From Macrostomum lignano (lineage: Eukaryota): DNA of 64,000 nt. Position numbers and translations under genes: made by a program. Positions 24,214 through 37,059 of the stretch are shown one piece after another. Where the stretch lies: assembly GCA_002269645.1 (NCBI GenBank), contig NIVC01001475.1, positions 1 to 64,000 on the forward strand. The letters run 5' to 3'. The notes beneath the pieces were generated by a model. The model ran no database searches and had not been told where the DNA came from. It saw nothing but the letters and a program-made list of their open reading frames with translations. Numbering within the stretch: position 1 is the first letter of the stretch; each line of letters begins with the position of its first letter.

Positions 24214-24230
24214 GTGTCTGTGTGTCTGTG

Positions 24231-24325
<95 letters not shown>

Positions 24326-24400
24326 GTCTGTGTGTCTGTGTGTCTGTCTGTCTGTCTGTCTATCTGTCTGTGTGTCTGTGTGTCTGTCTGTGTGTCTGTG

Positions 24401-24443
<43 letters not shown>

Positions 24444-24520
24444 GTCTGTCTGTCCTTCTGTCTGTCTGTCTGTCTGTCTTTCTGTCTTTCTGTCGGTCTG
24501 TCTGTCTGTCTGTCTGTCTA
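24177..24520. repeat. (TCTG)n microsatellite, intron 8
   Basis: Direct reading. Confidence 0.97.
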
Positions 24521-24831
24521 TCTTAGTATCTTAGGGTTTGTCTTCCTATCTTCCTCTCCGTCTTTCTGTCTTCGAACCCCCATGTTTTAGTTTTCGTTTT
24601 AATAAAATTTAATATTTTAGTTTTTACATAGCTATCTGTATTATAGTAGTCTGTCTACTGCACAACAAGCACTATGAGAGTTGAGACTTTATTTTTGCAA
24701 GTTCCCTTTCTTCTGGCTCTAGAAACCTCAGTTTTACTATACATTTTATGCTCTATTTTTAGTTACAAATGACTCACGCAGAGTCTCAATACTTGATTGA
24801 GTCGGTTCCAATTCCTATTTGCATTTCGCAG

Positions 24832-25168
24832 CCGCAGTGCAAGCTCTACCAACTAATAATGACGGTGCTTATCTATTCACCGGCTCCGAGGCGGCGGCAT
24901 CCTTTGCGTCGGGTCGCTTTGATCTTTCTGTCATCGGTGCCGACGCCGGCAGTTCTATTATTGGCAGTAAAATTTGGCCCAGCCTTAGCCTAGTCAGCAT
25001 TGCCCAATTAACGGGCGAACCGGCTGCCGCCAACCTAACCTGGGAGGCGGCTTGCTCAGCTACAGCCGACTGTCGAGTTGATTGCAGCTTAACTAGCGGC
25101 GGAGTTGCCATGGCAACTGGGATTTTTTCGACTAGAAGAACCATTACTAAGGAGGCGAAGTTTTTTAG
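24832..25168 (+). CDS. Exon 9
   Basis: Acceptor tttgcatttcgcag|; frame of ORF 24819-25178; donor AG|GTGCGA, phase 2 matches exon 10. Confidence 0.8.
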
Positions 25169-25409
25169 GTGCGACTAATTGCAGATTCAAGATGATTGGC
25201 TTGAATTGGGACTCTAGTTGGCTGATGAAGAATTAACTTTTTCCCTCAGAGAATTTTTTTATATATTTGAGAATTCGCATATTTGACTGGAGTAAATTTC
25301 CGGTGAAATCTGGGAATATATCATGAGCTGGCAGTATTCTGGCACAAGAGTTTCAGTCTGGCTTTTGAGGTTAAATTTGAAAAAAAAACTTTTTTTAGGT
25401 ATTAGATAG

Positions 25410-25725
25410 CGAGAGAAACGAAAATAGACAGACAGTAAATAGGTAGACAGTGAGATGAGACAAAGTTTGAGATAGGAAAAAGAAGAGAGACTGAGATAGG
25501 AGATGAAAGAGAGTGAGATGAGAGAGGAGAGAGAGAGATAAGAGGAGAGGAAGAGAGAGATAAAAAAGGTGGGAGTGAGACGAGAGAAGGAAAAGAGTTC
25601 AGATGAGAGAAATGAGAGAAGTAGAGTTCTGTAGTGTTATGAGAGAAAGAGAGAAATGAAGAGAAACTTAGATAAGAGATGTTAGAGAGTGAGATGAGAG
25701 AAGACATCAGTAATAGAGATGACAG
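25410..25725. repeat. GA-rich low-complexity tract, intron 9
   Basis: Direct reading. Confidence 0.8.
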
Positions 25726-25925
25726 ACAGCATACGGCTTTAAATTCAAAAAAAGCCAGTCGAGCGCAAATCAAAATCTATATTGCCTGCTTGACATGATA
25801 ATAATTAAATTAGAAAGGACAGGAAATTACATTCTGACTAGAATACCCTGAATTTATTATTCAATATATTTTCTTCCAAAGATATTCGTAGAAAGTGCTC
25901 AACCAACTGTTTATTTCTATTCTAG

Positions 25926-26177
25926 GATGTCTTCAATTTGGCAAAATATAAGCGATTCGTCTGTCGCCATTGAATGCCTAGTTGCTATGGAAACCGGTAC
26001 ACGCGTCGCCAGACTGCCTTTGTCAACAGCCGTGTTAAAATCGCCTTGGTTAGCGCTTGCCGCGAAAAATTGCAGTTCGATACATGATAAGCATCGAAAG
26101 TTGGCGTTGATTTGCGATCAGTTTCTCAATTATTCGACTGCCGAATATGCGGATGGCGGAGCTAACAACTACCTTGT
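25926..26177 (+). CDS. Exon 10
   Basis: Acceptor tttctattctag|; frame of ORF 25927-26181; donor GT|GTAGGT just before the in-frame stop, phase 2 matches exon 11. Confidence 0.75.
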
Positions 26178-26204
26178 GTAGGTGGAAAGTATCTGTGTTT
26201 TTGT

Positions 26205-26850
26205 ATTTACTCTGTTGGTTTAGAATAGTCAGATTGAATCTAATCTAATCTCTGTTGGTTAGAATAGACCTCAGATTGAATCTAATCTCATCTCGGTTGG
26301 TTTAGAATAGACCTCAGATTGAATCTAATCTCATCTGTGTTGATTTAGAATAGACCTCAGATTGAATCTAATCTCATCTCCGTTGGTTTAGAATAGACTC
26401 CAGATTGAATCTAATCTCATCTTAGAATTTAGAATTTAGAATTCTTAGAATTTAGAATTCTTAGAATTTAGGTTTAGAATAGACCTCAGATTGAATCTAA
26501 CCTCATCTCGGTTGGTTAGAATAGACCTCAGATTGAATCTAATCTCACATCTGTTGGTTTAGAATAGACCTCAGATTGAATCTAATCTCATCTGTGTTGA
26601 TTTAGAATAGACCTCAGATTGAATCTAATCTCACATCTGTTGGTTTAGAATAGACCTCAGATTGAATCTAATCTCATCTGTGTTGATTTAGAATAGACCT
26701 CAGATTGAATCTAGTCTCATCTCGGTTGGTTAAAATAGACCTCAGATTGAATCTAATCTCATCTCCGTTGGTTTAGAATAGACTCCATATTGAATCTAAT
26801 CTAATCTCTGTTGCTTTGGAATAGACCTTAGATTGAATTTAATCTCTTGT
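26205..26850. repeat. About 43-bp tandem array, intron 10
   Basis: tttagaatagacctcagattgaatctaatctcatctcggttgg, interrupted by short ttagaat repeats near 26420-26470. Confidence 0.92.
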
Positions 26851-27309
26851 CTCTATTGGATTAGGCTAGCTCATAGATAAGTTATAATCCCTCATCTTCA
26901 AACGACTGTAAATTATTTTTAATCACTGTGTTCGACCTAGTTAGTGAATACTTTTTCAACGGAACCTCATCATTCCATTGTCAAAACCTTTTTATGGTTA
27001 TAGTTTCCTGTTTCCTGTAAAACTGAATGTAGCAGCAACGCAAAGCATTTCTCCAGATCCGAAGATAATGGAGCTTAACAAAATGTTTTTGTTTTTATCT
27101 TTTGTGTCAATTTTAGCTTGGTGCAGGTATACATCTCACCGGAGAAAAACCTACACAGGAAAGCTGACTTAGTCACTGCATCATGGTGCTTGGGATGAAT
27201 GACTGACATGTGCTAGGGCTCTCAACAAACTAGAGCCGTGTTTTCACTGTCTGAGCCTGCTTTTATTTGCTCAGAAATATATCTCTATTTCCCTTTTAGA
27301 TTTAGCCTA

Positions 27310-28285
27310 TCCTCATTGTGTCCTTCAGTAGACAGTGGCTACCCTCCTTGTGTCCTTCAGTAGACAGTGGCTACCCTCCTTGTGTCCTTCAGTAGACAGT
27401 GGCTACCCTCCTTGTGTCCTTCAGTAGACAGTGGCTACCCTCCTTGTGTCCTTGAGTAGACAGTGGCTACCCTCCTTGTGTCCTTCAGTAGACAGTGTCT
27501 ACCCTCTCTGTGTCCTTCAGTAGACAGTGTCTACCCTCCTTGTGTCCTTCAGTAGACAGTGGCTACCCTCCTTGTGTCCTTCAGTAGACAGTGGCTACCC
27601 TCCTTGTGTCCTTGAGTAGACAGTGGCTACCCTCCTTGTGTCCTTCAGTAGACAGTGGCTACCCTCCTTGTGTCCTTCAGTAGACAGTGGCTACCCTCCT
27701 TGTGTCCCTCAGTAGACAGTGTCTACCCTCTCTGTGTCCTTCAGTAGACAGTGTCTACCCTCCTTGTGTCCTTCAGTAGACAGTGGCTACCCTCCTTGTG
27801 TCCTTCAGTAGACAGTGGCTACCCTCCGTGTGTCCTTCAGAAGACAGTGGCTACCCTCCTTGTGTCCTTCAGTAGACAGTGGCTACCCTCCGTGTGTCCT
27901 TCAGTAGACAGTGGCTAGCCTCCGTGTGTCCTTCAGTAGACAGTGGCTACCCTCCGTGTGTCCTTCAGTAGACAGTGGCTACCCTCTGTGTCCTTCAGTA
28001 GACAGTGGCTACCCTCCGTGTGTCCTTCAGTAGACAGTGGCTACCCTCTGTGTCCTTCAGAAGACAGTGGCTACCCTCCGTGTGTCCTTCAGTAGACAGT
28101 GGCTACCCTCCGTGTGTCCTTCAGTAGACAGTGGCTACCCTCCGTGTGTCCTTCAGTAGACAGTGGCTACTCTCCTTGTTTACTTCAGTAGACAGTGGCA
28201 GTAAACAGTAAACAGTAAACAGTAAACTTCAGTAAACAGTATTTCAAGGACCCTCCTTGTGTCCTTCAGTAGACAGTGGGTACCC
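27310..28285. repeat. 32-bp tandem array, intron 10
   Basis: cttcagtagacagtggctaccctccttgtgtc. Confidence 0.96.
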
Positions 28286-28391
28286 TCTTCAAATCTAAAA
28301 AATAAATATTTTTATTTATAAATCTTTGCATCAAAACAACAATTTACTTAGAGTTAATGCTTTTATCAACTTTCATATAAAACCATTGCAG

Positions 28392-28587
28392 GACGCCATT
28401 TACAATTGCTGATATGCAGTGGACCGATGTGACCGACAGTGACAAGCGGTCATTGCTAGATGATACTGACCCAATCTGCACTACTGGACCGTATCATAGG
28501 CTGTGGCAATTGGAACTCATTAGAACTGGTTCCAGTTTGAATGAAACACAGATCAATAACACGATAATCGTTGCCTTTTCTCAGTCT
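28392..28587 (+). CDS. Exon 11
   Basis: Acceptor accattgcag|; TPFTIADMQWTDV...IIVAFSQS; donor TCT|GTAAGT phase 0. Confidence 0.82.
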
Positions 28588-28641
28588 GTAAGTACTTGAG
28601 GGTTGCAGTCTTTTCTTTTTTAAAAATAGATTTTCCGAGTA

Positions 28642-28870
28642 GAGTGAGTGAGTGAGTAAGTGAGTGAGTGAGTGAGTGAGTGAGTGAGTGAGTGAGTGAG
28701 TGAGTGAGTGAGTGAGTGAGTGAGTAACTGGGGAGAGTGAGTGAGTAAGTGAGCGAGTGAGTGACTGGGTGAGTGAGTGAGTAAGTGAGCGAGTGACTGA
28801 CTGGGTGAGTAAGTGAGTGAGTAAGTGAGGGAGTGGGTGACAGAGTGACTGAGTGAGTAAATGAGGGAGT
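28642..28870. repeat. (GAGT)n microsatellite, intron 11
   Basis: Direct reading. Confidence 0.95.
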
Positions 28871-29324
28871 GGGCTATTTTATGAACCGTTAAATGCTTGG
28901 TTGAGGGAATGAGTCATTTCAGGGAAGGAGGTGAGTCACAGAGTGAATAAGTAAATCAGTGAATGAACTGATTAGTCAAAGTGAACTGCCAGAAAAGCTA
29001 GATAGATGGAACTTATAATTTGGGAAAAAGTGTAGCCATTAAATATGAGTAATCGCGATGGGATTACAGTAAGAGCAGCTCCCGTGTCCCAGAGCCTTCT
29101 CAAGCGCGCATTTCTCCTCTGATTTTATTTGCCCATCATCAATGCTTTTTTGACCACTTCCGGCGACTCACAAAAGCTTCAATACTGGCTGATAGTGCTT
29201 GCTGTTCTGCTTTCTGTAGTGTGCACAGGCTTGGGAAAGGATGGCTAAATATAGATGGATCGTAGAGTCTAGAGTGGTTAACTATATTTTTCTTTTAAAG
29301 CCTTGCGTTTTTAGAGTAGCGGGT

Positions 29325-29797
29325 GTCCAACAGAAAGACACAAGGAGGGTAGCGTGTCTCCACGTGAGGGACACAAGGAGGGTAGCGGGTCTCCACGTGA
29401 GGGACACAAGGAGGGTAGCGGGTCTCCACCTGAGGGACACAAGGAGGGTAGCGTGTCTCCACGTGAGGGACACAAGGAGGGTAGCGGGTCTCCACGTGAG
29501 GGACACAAGGAGGGTAGCGGGTCTCCACCTGAGGGACACAATGAGGGTAGCGGGTCTCCACCTGAGGAACACAAGGAGGGTAGCGGGTCTCCACCTGAGG
29601 GACACAAGGAGGGTAACGGGTGTCCATCTGAGGAACACAAGGAGGGTAGCGGGTCTCCACCTGAGGGACACAAGGAGGGTAACGGGTGTCCATCTGAGGG
29701 ACACAAGGAGGGTAGCGGGTGTCCATCTGAGGGACACACGGAGGGTAACGGGTGTCCATCTGAGGGACACACGGAGGGTAGCAGCTGTCCATCTGAA
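29325..29797. repeat. 33-bp tandem array, intron 11
   Basis: gagggacacaaggagggtagcgggtctccacct; shares a core with the reverse complement of the 32-bp array. Confidence 0.95.
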
Positions 29798-30111
29798 GAC
29801 TCGTGAGGCCTGCTTCGTATCCCTTACTCAAGGGGGTTGTAATTTGCTACTACACATTGTGACTGAAGTTGTCCTTGGCTCAGGAAGCACTTTGAGCCGG
29901 GAAGCAGAGCAAGTGGAATGTTGAAGATGTTTTCTAAATTTCTAAAGGTAAACCGTGGTGAGGGTGGGGGGGGGGTTGGTTGCTCGGCCATCTGGGCTGA
30001 GTGGGCCGGATATCCCAGATTCTCTCGGATTTTGCCTTGCCAGTGTTTGCGGGAGATTATCGATATTTACACTATGGGATTGATTAATAAACTAACAATA
30101 AACTGGATTTG

Positions 30112-31120
30112 AGAGAGATTACTAGTAAATTAACGAGAGAGATTACTAGCAGGTTCACGAGAGAGATTACTAGTATATTAACGAGACAGATTACTAGTAC
30201 GCTCGTAGATTAACGAGAGCGATTACTAGTTTTTAACGAGAGAGATTACTAGTAGGTTAACGAGAGAGATAATATAGATAGTAGGTTAAGGAGAGAGATT
30301 ACTAGTAGGTTAACGAGAGAGATTTCTAGCAGATTACCAAGAGAGATTTCTAGCAGATTAACGAGAGAGATTACTACGAGCGTAGTAGGTTAACGAGAGA
30401 GATTACTAGTAAATTAACGAGAGAGATTACTAGTAGTATAACGAGAGAGATTACTAGCAGATTAACGAGAGAGATTACTAGTATATTAACGAGAGAGATT
30501 ACTAGTGGGTTAATGAGAGAGATTAATAGCAGATTAACGAGAGAGATTACTAGTATATTAACGAGAGAGATTACTAGTATATTAACGAGAGAGATTAATA
30601 GTACGCTCGTAGATTAACGAGAGAGATTACTAGTCTTTAACGAGAGAGATTACTAGTAGGTTAACGAGAGAGATTACTAGTAGGTTAACGAGAGAGATTA
30701 CTAGTGGGTTAACGAGAGAGATTACTAGCAGATTAATGAGAGTGATTACTAGCAGATTAACGAGAGAGATTACTAGTAGGTTAACGAGAGAGAATACTAG
30801 TAGGTTAAAGAGAGAGATTACTAGCACATTAACGAGAGAGATTACTAGCAGATTAACGAAAGAGATTACTAGTATATTAATGAGAGAGATTACTAGCAGA
30901 TTCACAATGGTGACTACTAGTAGATTAACGAGAGAGATTACTAGCAGATTTAAGTGAGTGATTATTAGTAGATTAACAATAGATTACTAGCAGATTAACG
31001 AGAGAGAGTACTAGTGGGTTAACAAGAGAGATTACTAGCAGATTAAAGTGAGAGATTACTAGTAGATTAACAAGAGATTACTAGCAGATTAACGAGAGAG
31101 ACTACTAGTAGATTGAAAAG
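30112..31120. repeat. 24-bp tandem array, intron 11
   Basis: ttaacgagagagattactagtagg and variants. Confidence 0.94.
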
Positions 31121-31534
31121 ATTGATTGTACTAGTAGATAAGCGATGGTGAGATTACTCAAAAAAATTATTGCGAAACCATGTTGCATCTTGTACTGCCT
31201 ACATGTGGAGATGCTTATTGCCTTTGGCAGATTGCCAACCAGAACTTTTCCGCTTTCACGGGCTGTGGCATTGATTTTGCTTAAAACAGGAACTGTCAAT
31301 CATTGTTACATCTGTCTTTCACAGATGAGCATGAGAAATTTTAATATCGGAGCTAACATGGAGTTCTAATTAAATATAGAATCTGGAGATAGAACTGTAA
31401 ACTATGTTGGCCTTTGTTAATAACAAAAAGTTCGTTAATTATCTAGTAGACTTCTGTGTGCTCGTGGATTAGGGGTTGACACACTCTTGGTCTGCAGGGA
31501 CAGATGGAGAACCTAGCGCATTACTGCGGGCCAG

Positions 31535-31860
31535 AGGAGGGGAGAGAGGATATTGAATAGAAAAAGGAGGAGAGAAGAGAAGAGATAGGAAAGTGGAGAG
31601 GAGAGGAGAGAGAGGATAGAAGAGAGAGGAGTGGAGAGCGGAGAGGAGAGGAGAGAGAGGATGGAGAAGAGAAGAGAGAGAGAGGAGAGCGGAGTGGAGA
31701 GGAGGGAGAAGAGATTGAGGATTGAGGATAGAGGAGAGAGAGGAGAGAAGAGATGGGAGAGAGGATAGATAATAGAGGAGAAGAGAGCGGATAGGAGAGG
31801 AGAGGAGAGAGGAGAGAGGAGAGAAAAGAGGAGATTAGAGAAGAGAGCTGAGAAGAGACA
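31535..31860. repeat. GA-rich low-complexity tract
   Basis: Direct reading. Confidence 0.85.
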
Positions 31861-31937
31861 CAAAACTTGAGCTAGCCGTATTGCTATTGTGAAGTTTCAA
31901 AGGACCCGAGGGCCGGATAGAGAGGCTCGGCGTACAG

Positions 31938-32024
31938 CATGTGCTCAGGAGTCAGTGGAATGGGCAGAATATGTATGCATGCTTGCATGTGCTCAGGAGT
32001 CAGCGGAATGGGCAGAATTGCCTC
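31938..32024 (+). mobile_element. Fragment related to the body of the SINE at 11335-11694, internally duplicated
   Basis: gcttgcatgtgctcaggagtcagcggaatgggcagaattgcctc resembles the reverse complement of 11405-11452 (gcttgtatgcctgctcaggggagtcggcggaatgggcagtaatgcctc). Confidence 0.6.
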
Positions 32025-32594
32025 AGTGCTGCTTGGGGGGGGGGGGTGGCATGTTGCCAAAGGATAAAATAACACAAAAACCCGAGGCTACCAAATCCAC
32101 TGTGTTTCTACGAGTATCTCCAGTCCAGATATCTATAAAAGCGTATGGATGTCCATGGCGGCCTTGCGGCTTATGCCATGTTTAGTCAGTCTCTTCTGCC
32201 TCAAGCTTATATAAACAGGTATAAGCGCGTTCGTGACCCATTCCGTCTGTTGCTTAATATTGCGGCATGCATTTTTTTCATTTTTCTTCGCCGTTATAAT
32301 AACTGCAGATTAATAAGTGGGAATTGGGGTCTAGCTATACGTTGACCATGTTCAACATTCTTTTCCGAGATGAAGGTCTCTGTCCTTTGTTATAATTTCT
32401 CTTCATAGTTCTTTGCTTAGAGTGGTAGCGTGGCTTGGCATTCCTGCAACTATTTTGGCATCTTTGTATTTGTTGTCCTGCTTGTCCAATTTTTTCGGTT
32501 CATATCAATTGGTAGGTCTTGAATCCTGGAAATGTCCGGAATTAACTTCTCTGTGTCCGAAATGGTTTTGTCTATTCTAAATTGACTGTCTCTG

Positions 32595-33285
32595 TCCTGA
32601 AGTTATTGCGCCTGTCCTGAACTGACTATACCTGTCCTGAAGTTATTGCACAGCACCTGTCCTGAAGTGATTGCACCTGTCCTGAACTGACTATACCTGT
32701 CCTGAAGTTATTGCACAGCACCTGTCCTGAAGTGATTGCACCTGTCCTGAACTGACTATACCTGTCCTGAAGTTATTGTACCTGTCCTGAAGTGACTATG
32801 CCTGTCCTGAAGTTATTGTACCTGTCCTGAAGTTATTGAACCTGTCCTGAAGTTATTGTACCTGTCCTGAAGTGACTATGCCTGTCCTGAAGTTACTAAA
32901 CCTGTCCTGAAGTTATTGCACCTGTCCTTAAGTGATTAAACCTGTCCTGAAGTTAGTGCACCTGTCCTGAAGTTATTGTACCTGTCCTGAAGTTATTGAA
33001 CCTGTCCTGAAGTTATTGTACCTGTCCTGAAGTGACTATGCCTGTCCTGAAGTTACTATACCTGTCCTTAAGTTATTGCACCTGTCCTTAAGTGATTAAA
33101 CCTGTCCTGAAGTTAGTGCACCTGTCCTGAAGTTATTGTACCTGTCCTGAACTGACTATATCTGTTCTGAAGTTATTGTACCTGTCCTGTAGTGACTATA
33201 CCTGTCCTAAATTTATTGTACCTGTCCTGAAGTCATTGCACCTGTCCTGAAGTAATTGTACCTGTCCTGGAGTTAATACACCTGT
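32595..33285. repeat. 20-bp tandem array, intron 11
   Basis: cctgtcctgaagttattgta and variants. Confidence 0.95.
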
Positions 33286-33967
33286 ACATCCCATTCATGA
33301 AATGGAGGTCATAAATCCCAATAGTTCCGATGAAAAAAAATCCAGATTTTTCAATTGCAAATCCATTGTGATTAGCAATCTCATATTTATCTTGATTTTG
33401 TAGTTTGCTTCACTCCCTGTCAATCTTGTTCATCTTCAAGGTGAAGAATACTACGTATTTAAGCTTAAAGGCGTGCGTGTGTGCAGAAAGCAAAATCATG
33501 TTAACTGCTTGTTTTGATTGGTGCCTGTCATGACTTGAAATCGCAAGGGTAGAATCGCTAATTAACTGGTTGAAATCTGGCTTAGCAATCTCGTGGCTTT
33601 CCTAAGGGCCAGCTTTGAAATCGATTATTTCTGCTGTAATGTTCAACAGATTTCAATGCCATTCATTGCCAGTGCCAGTTTATATTACTTAATTTAGCAG
33701 TGATTGCTTTGATGTTTGAAAGCTTTTTGCTTTGATTAATGTGACCTGGCTATCAAAGGACTTGAATTTGGATGTCATACAATCATTTTCGTCAGTCGCT
33801 TAAGTGCTTTTAAAGTGTTTTTGTTTTTTTACCTGTCCTTATTTGTAATCATTTTCGCCACGATTCTCATCCATCTCATCTGGCTTGTAATTCTAGTATA
33901 TCTGACTTCAATTCTTATCAAATCGATTGAATTTGAAATCAAATCAAATGATTTGATTAAAAACGGT

Positions 33968-34590
33968 TGAATCTCGATTCTTATCGATCTAATCTCGATT
34001 CTTATCGATCTAATCTCGATTCTTATCGATCTAATCTCGATTCTTATCGATCTAATCTCGATTCTTATCGATCTAATCTCGATTCTTATCGATCTAATCT
34101 CGATTCTTATCGATCTAATCTCGATTCTTATCGATCTAATCTCGATTCTTATCGATCTAATCTCGATTCTTATCGATCTAATCTCGATTCTCATCAATCT
34201 AATCTCGCTTCTCATCTATCTAATATCGAGTCTCATCAGTCTAATCTCGATTCTCATCAATCTAATCTCGATTCTCATCAATCTAATCTCGATTCTCATC
34301 AATCTAATCTCGCTTCTCATCTATCTAATATCGAGTCTCATCAGTCTAATCTCGATTCTCATCAATCTAATCTCGATTCTCATCAGTCTAATCTCGATTC
34401 TCATCAATCTAATCTCGATTCTCATCAATCTAATCTCGATTCTCATCAATCTAATCTCGATTCTCATCAATCTAATCTCGCTTCTCATCAATCTAATCTC
34501 GATTCTCATCAATCTAATCTCGATTCTCATCAATCTAATCTCGATTCTCATCAATCTAATCTCGATTCTCATCAATCTAATCTCGATTCT
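33968..34590. repeat. 21-bp tandem array with two variant blocks, intron 11
   Basis: aatctcgattcttatcgatct then aatctcgattctcatcaatct. Confidence 0.96.
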
Positions 34591-34658
34591 CATTGCTATC
34601 ATTCTGATTCACGGGCCTCATCATACAATTGTTTAACTTTTCTTGACCCCGCCTACAG

Positions 34659-35023
34659 TCCAGCGGGTTGTACCTGCCTCTACCTGGCCCGGGAATCTAC
34701 ACAATGACCGTCGCCTCTAATCCGTTCGACGTCGCTGGTGAATCAGCTTCAGCCGCCCCCGCCGCCGCCACTTGTCAAATAGTTCGACAATTAAATACCG
34801 ATCGGAGGCCGAGTTTGAAAACCTCTCGTGATTGCCTAATCGATCAGTCGCGGCTTTCAATTGCAACCGCTCCGCCCGTGCCTCCAAACTCAACTGCTGT
34901 TGAATTGCTAATTGGCGAGTTGTTGAGTGTCTGGCTGCTCGCGGCTGGAGGCGACAGGCGCTGCGACTGGACTGAGCTGGTCTGGCATCTGGGCGACGGA
35001 AGCGGAGTTGATGAAGCTTTCGC
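34659..35023 (+). CDS. Exon 12: PKD-like C-terminal strand and start of next PKD domain (WHLGDGS)
   Basis: Acceptor ccgcctacag| phase 0; [15 protein letters not shown] and VWHLGDGS motifs; donor GC|GTGAGT. Confidence 0.9.
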
Positions 35024-35039
35024 GTGAGTCACCGGGGTC

Positions 35040-35690
35040 GCTGTCTCTTATCTGTGCCTCTTACCTGTGCCTCACCTGTGTCTCACCTGTGTCTCTTACC
35101 TGTCTCTCACCTGTGTCTCTTACCTGTCTCTCACTTGTGTCTCACCTGTATCTCACCTGTATCTCTCACCTGTCTCTCACCTGTCTCACCTGTGTCTCAC
35201 CTGTGTCTCACCTGTGTCTCTCACTTGTATCTCACCTGTCTCTCACCTGTGTCACCTGTGTCTCTGTTTGCATCTCACTTGTGTCTCAGTACCTTACCTG
35301 TGTCTCACCTGTCTCATTGTGTCTCACCTGTCTCTCATTTGTCCTTCACATGTCCTTCACCTGTCTCTCACCGGTGTCTCACCTGTCTCATTGTGTCTCA
35401 CTTGTATCTCATTTTGTCTCACCTGTCTCTCATTTGTCCTTCACATGTCCTTCACCTGTCTCTCACCGGTGTCTCACCTGTATCTCTCACCTGTCTCTCA
35501 TCTGTCTCACCTGTGTCTCACCTGTGTCTCTCACTTGTATCTCACCTGTATCTCACCTGTGTCACCTGTGTCTCTGTTTGCATCTCACTTGTGTCTCTGT
35601 ACCTTACCTGTGTCTCACCTGTCTCATTGTGTCTCACCTGTCTCTCATTTGTCCTTCACATGTCCCTCACCTGTCTTACACCTGTCTCTT
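35040..35690. repeat. Degenerate tctcacctgtg-based array, intron 12
   Basis: Direct reading. Confidence 0.88.
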
Positions 35691-36287
35691 CCCTGTCATT
35701 TATGTTTTTTCTTGTCTCTAACCTCCTCTGTCTTTTTTCTACAAAGCCAGTATCCTTCAATGAAATGTTTTGGAAAGTGCATTTATCTTTTATTTAACAA
35801 TTTTATCATTCCTTTCGCCGTGTCATCTCTCCCCAAATCCTAAATTATTTCATTTTTTCATTGTTCGGGATTTTTTCGTGCCTTTCGCCCTGAAGAGAAC
35901 GCAGGAAACTCTTTCTATCTGTTTTTAATTTTTTGTCTCCTCAGAATTCCTTTGAGTTGTTTCCGCTTTTTTGTTAGTAGAAGCCACGTCCTCTTTAACT
36001 CCTTTAGCACTGATTGTCTTGATTTGCAGTTGATTGAAAATGACAAAGGTTTTTTGTTGTGCATTTTTCAAAAGACAGAAAAAAACAATAAAAGCTTTTC
36101 TATAAATGAGTCAGCCAGTCAGTCAGTTTAGATTTCTGCTTTTGACTGATAAAATTTACCGATGCCTTTGAAAATTGCCGCCTAACAAACTCATAAAATC
36201 ATCCTTTGACTAGATCGGTAGGCTAGCATTGCGATTGCCTCTTGAGAGTCTTGTACGAGTGTGATTACTGCTTGTGTAATAATAGCC

Positions 36288-36680
36288 TTCTATGAGAATC
36301 TTCTATATGAGATTCGCCTATATGAGAATCGTCTATATAAGAATCGCCTATATGAGAATCGTAAAAATGAGAATCGCCCAAATGATAATCGCCCATATGA
36401 TAATTGCCCATATGAGAATCGCCTATATGAGAATCCTCTACATGAGAATGAGAATCGCCTATACGAGAATCGCCTATAAGAGAATCGCCCAAATAAGTAT
36501 CGCCCATATGAGAATCGCCCATATGAGAATCGCCTATAAGAGAATCGCCCATATAAGAATCGGCTCTATGAGAATCGCCCATATGAGAATCGCCCATATG
36601 AGAATCGCCTATATAAAAATCGTCTACATGATAATGGGAATCGCCCATATGATAATCCCCAATATGAGAATCGCCCATAT
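36288..36680. repeat. 15-bp tandem array
   Basis: tatgagaatcgccca and variants. Confidence 0.92.
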
Positions 36681-37059
36681 CTTTCTTGCTTAATAACTCG
36701 TTTCTCCCATTTTCGCTTGTCCTTGTGAAACTGGTAGCAGCATTGGTTATTGATGAGGAGCCAGTCATCTGCTAGCTGTACTGCGCCTTCTCCTTGCACT
36801 CATGGCAGCTCACACGTAACAGGTGTGTTCTACCAAGTCCGTCTCTCTCACCTTTGCCAAGCTATAATACTGGCTTAATTTAGCGGAACAGCTTTTCATA
36901 GGCTAAAAAATTGACTAGTTTTTGCTGTTGCAGCAGACAAGCTAGGAAACTTGGGCCTGGAGTCTCCGGTGACAACTCCTGTCCAAACTGAGGCTTTATT
37001 CACTCACTCACCCACTCTTCGTCCCATCGATTCAGGACTCGAGAATTATTAATCGAGAG

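Noticed and set aside
26978-27172. Candidate exon/ORF in intron 10
   Set aside because: Exons 10 and 11 join in phase without it; no motif support
31145-31369. Acceptor-like ctttggcag and short ORF in intron 11
   Set aside because: The phase-0 frame required after exon 11 stops after 17 codons; no good donor
36776-36822. Candidate small exon CTAPSPCTHGSSHVT
   Set aside because: Weak splice sites, ends in phase 1 and would disrupt the exon 12-13 PKD domain
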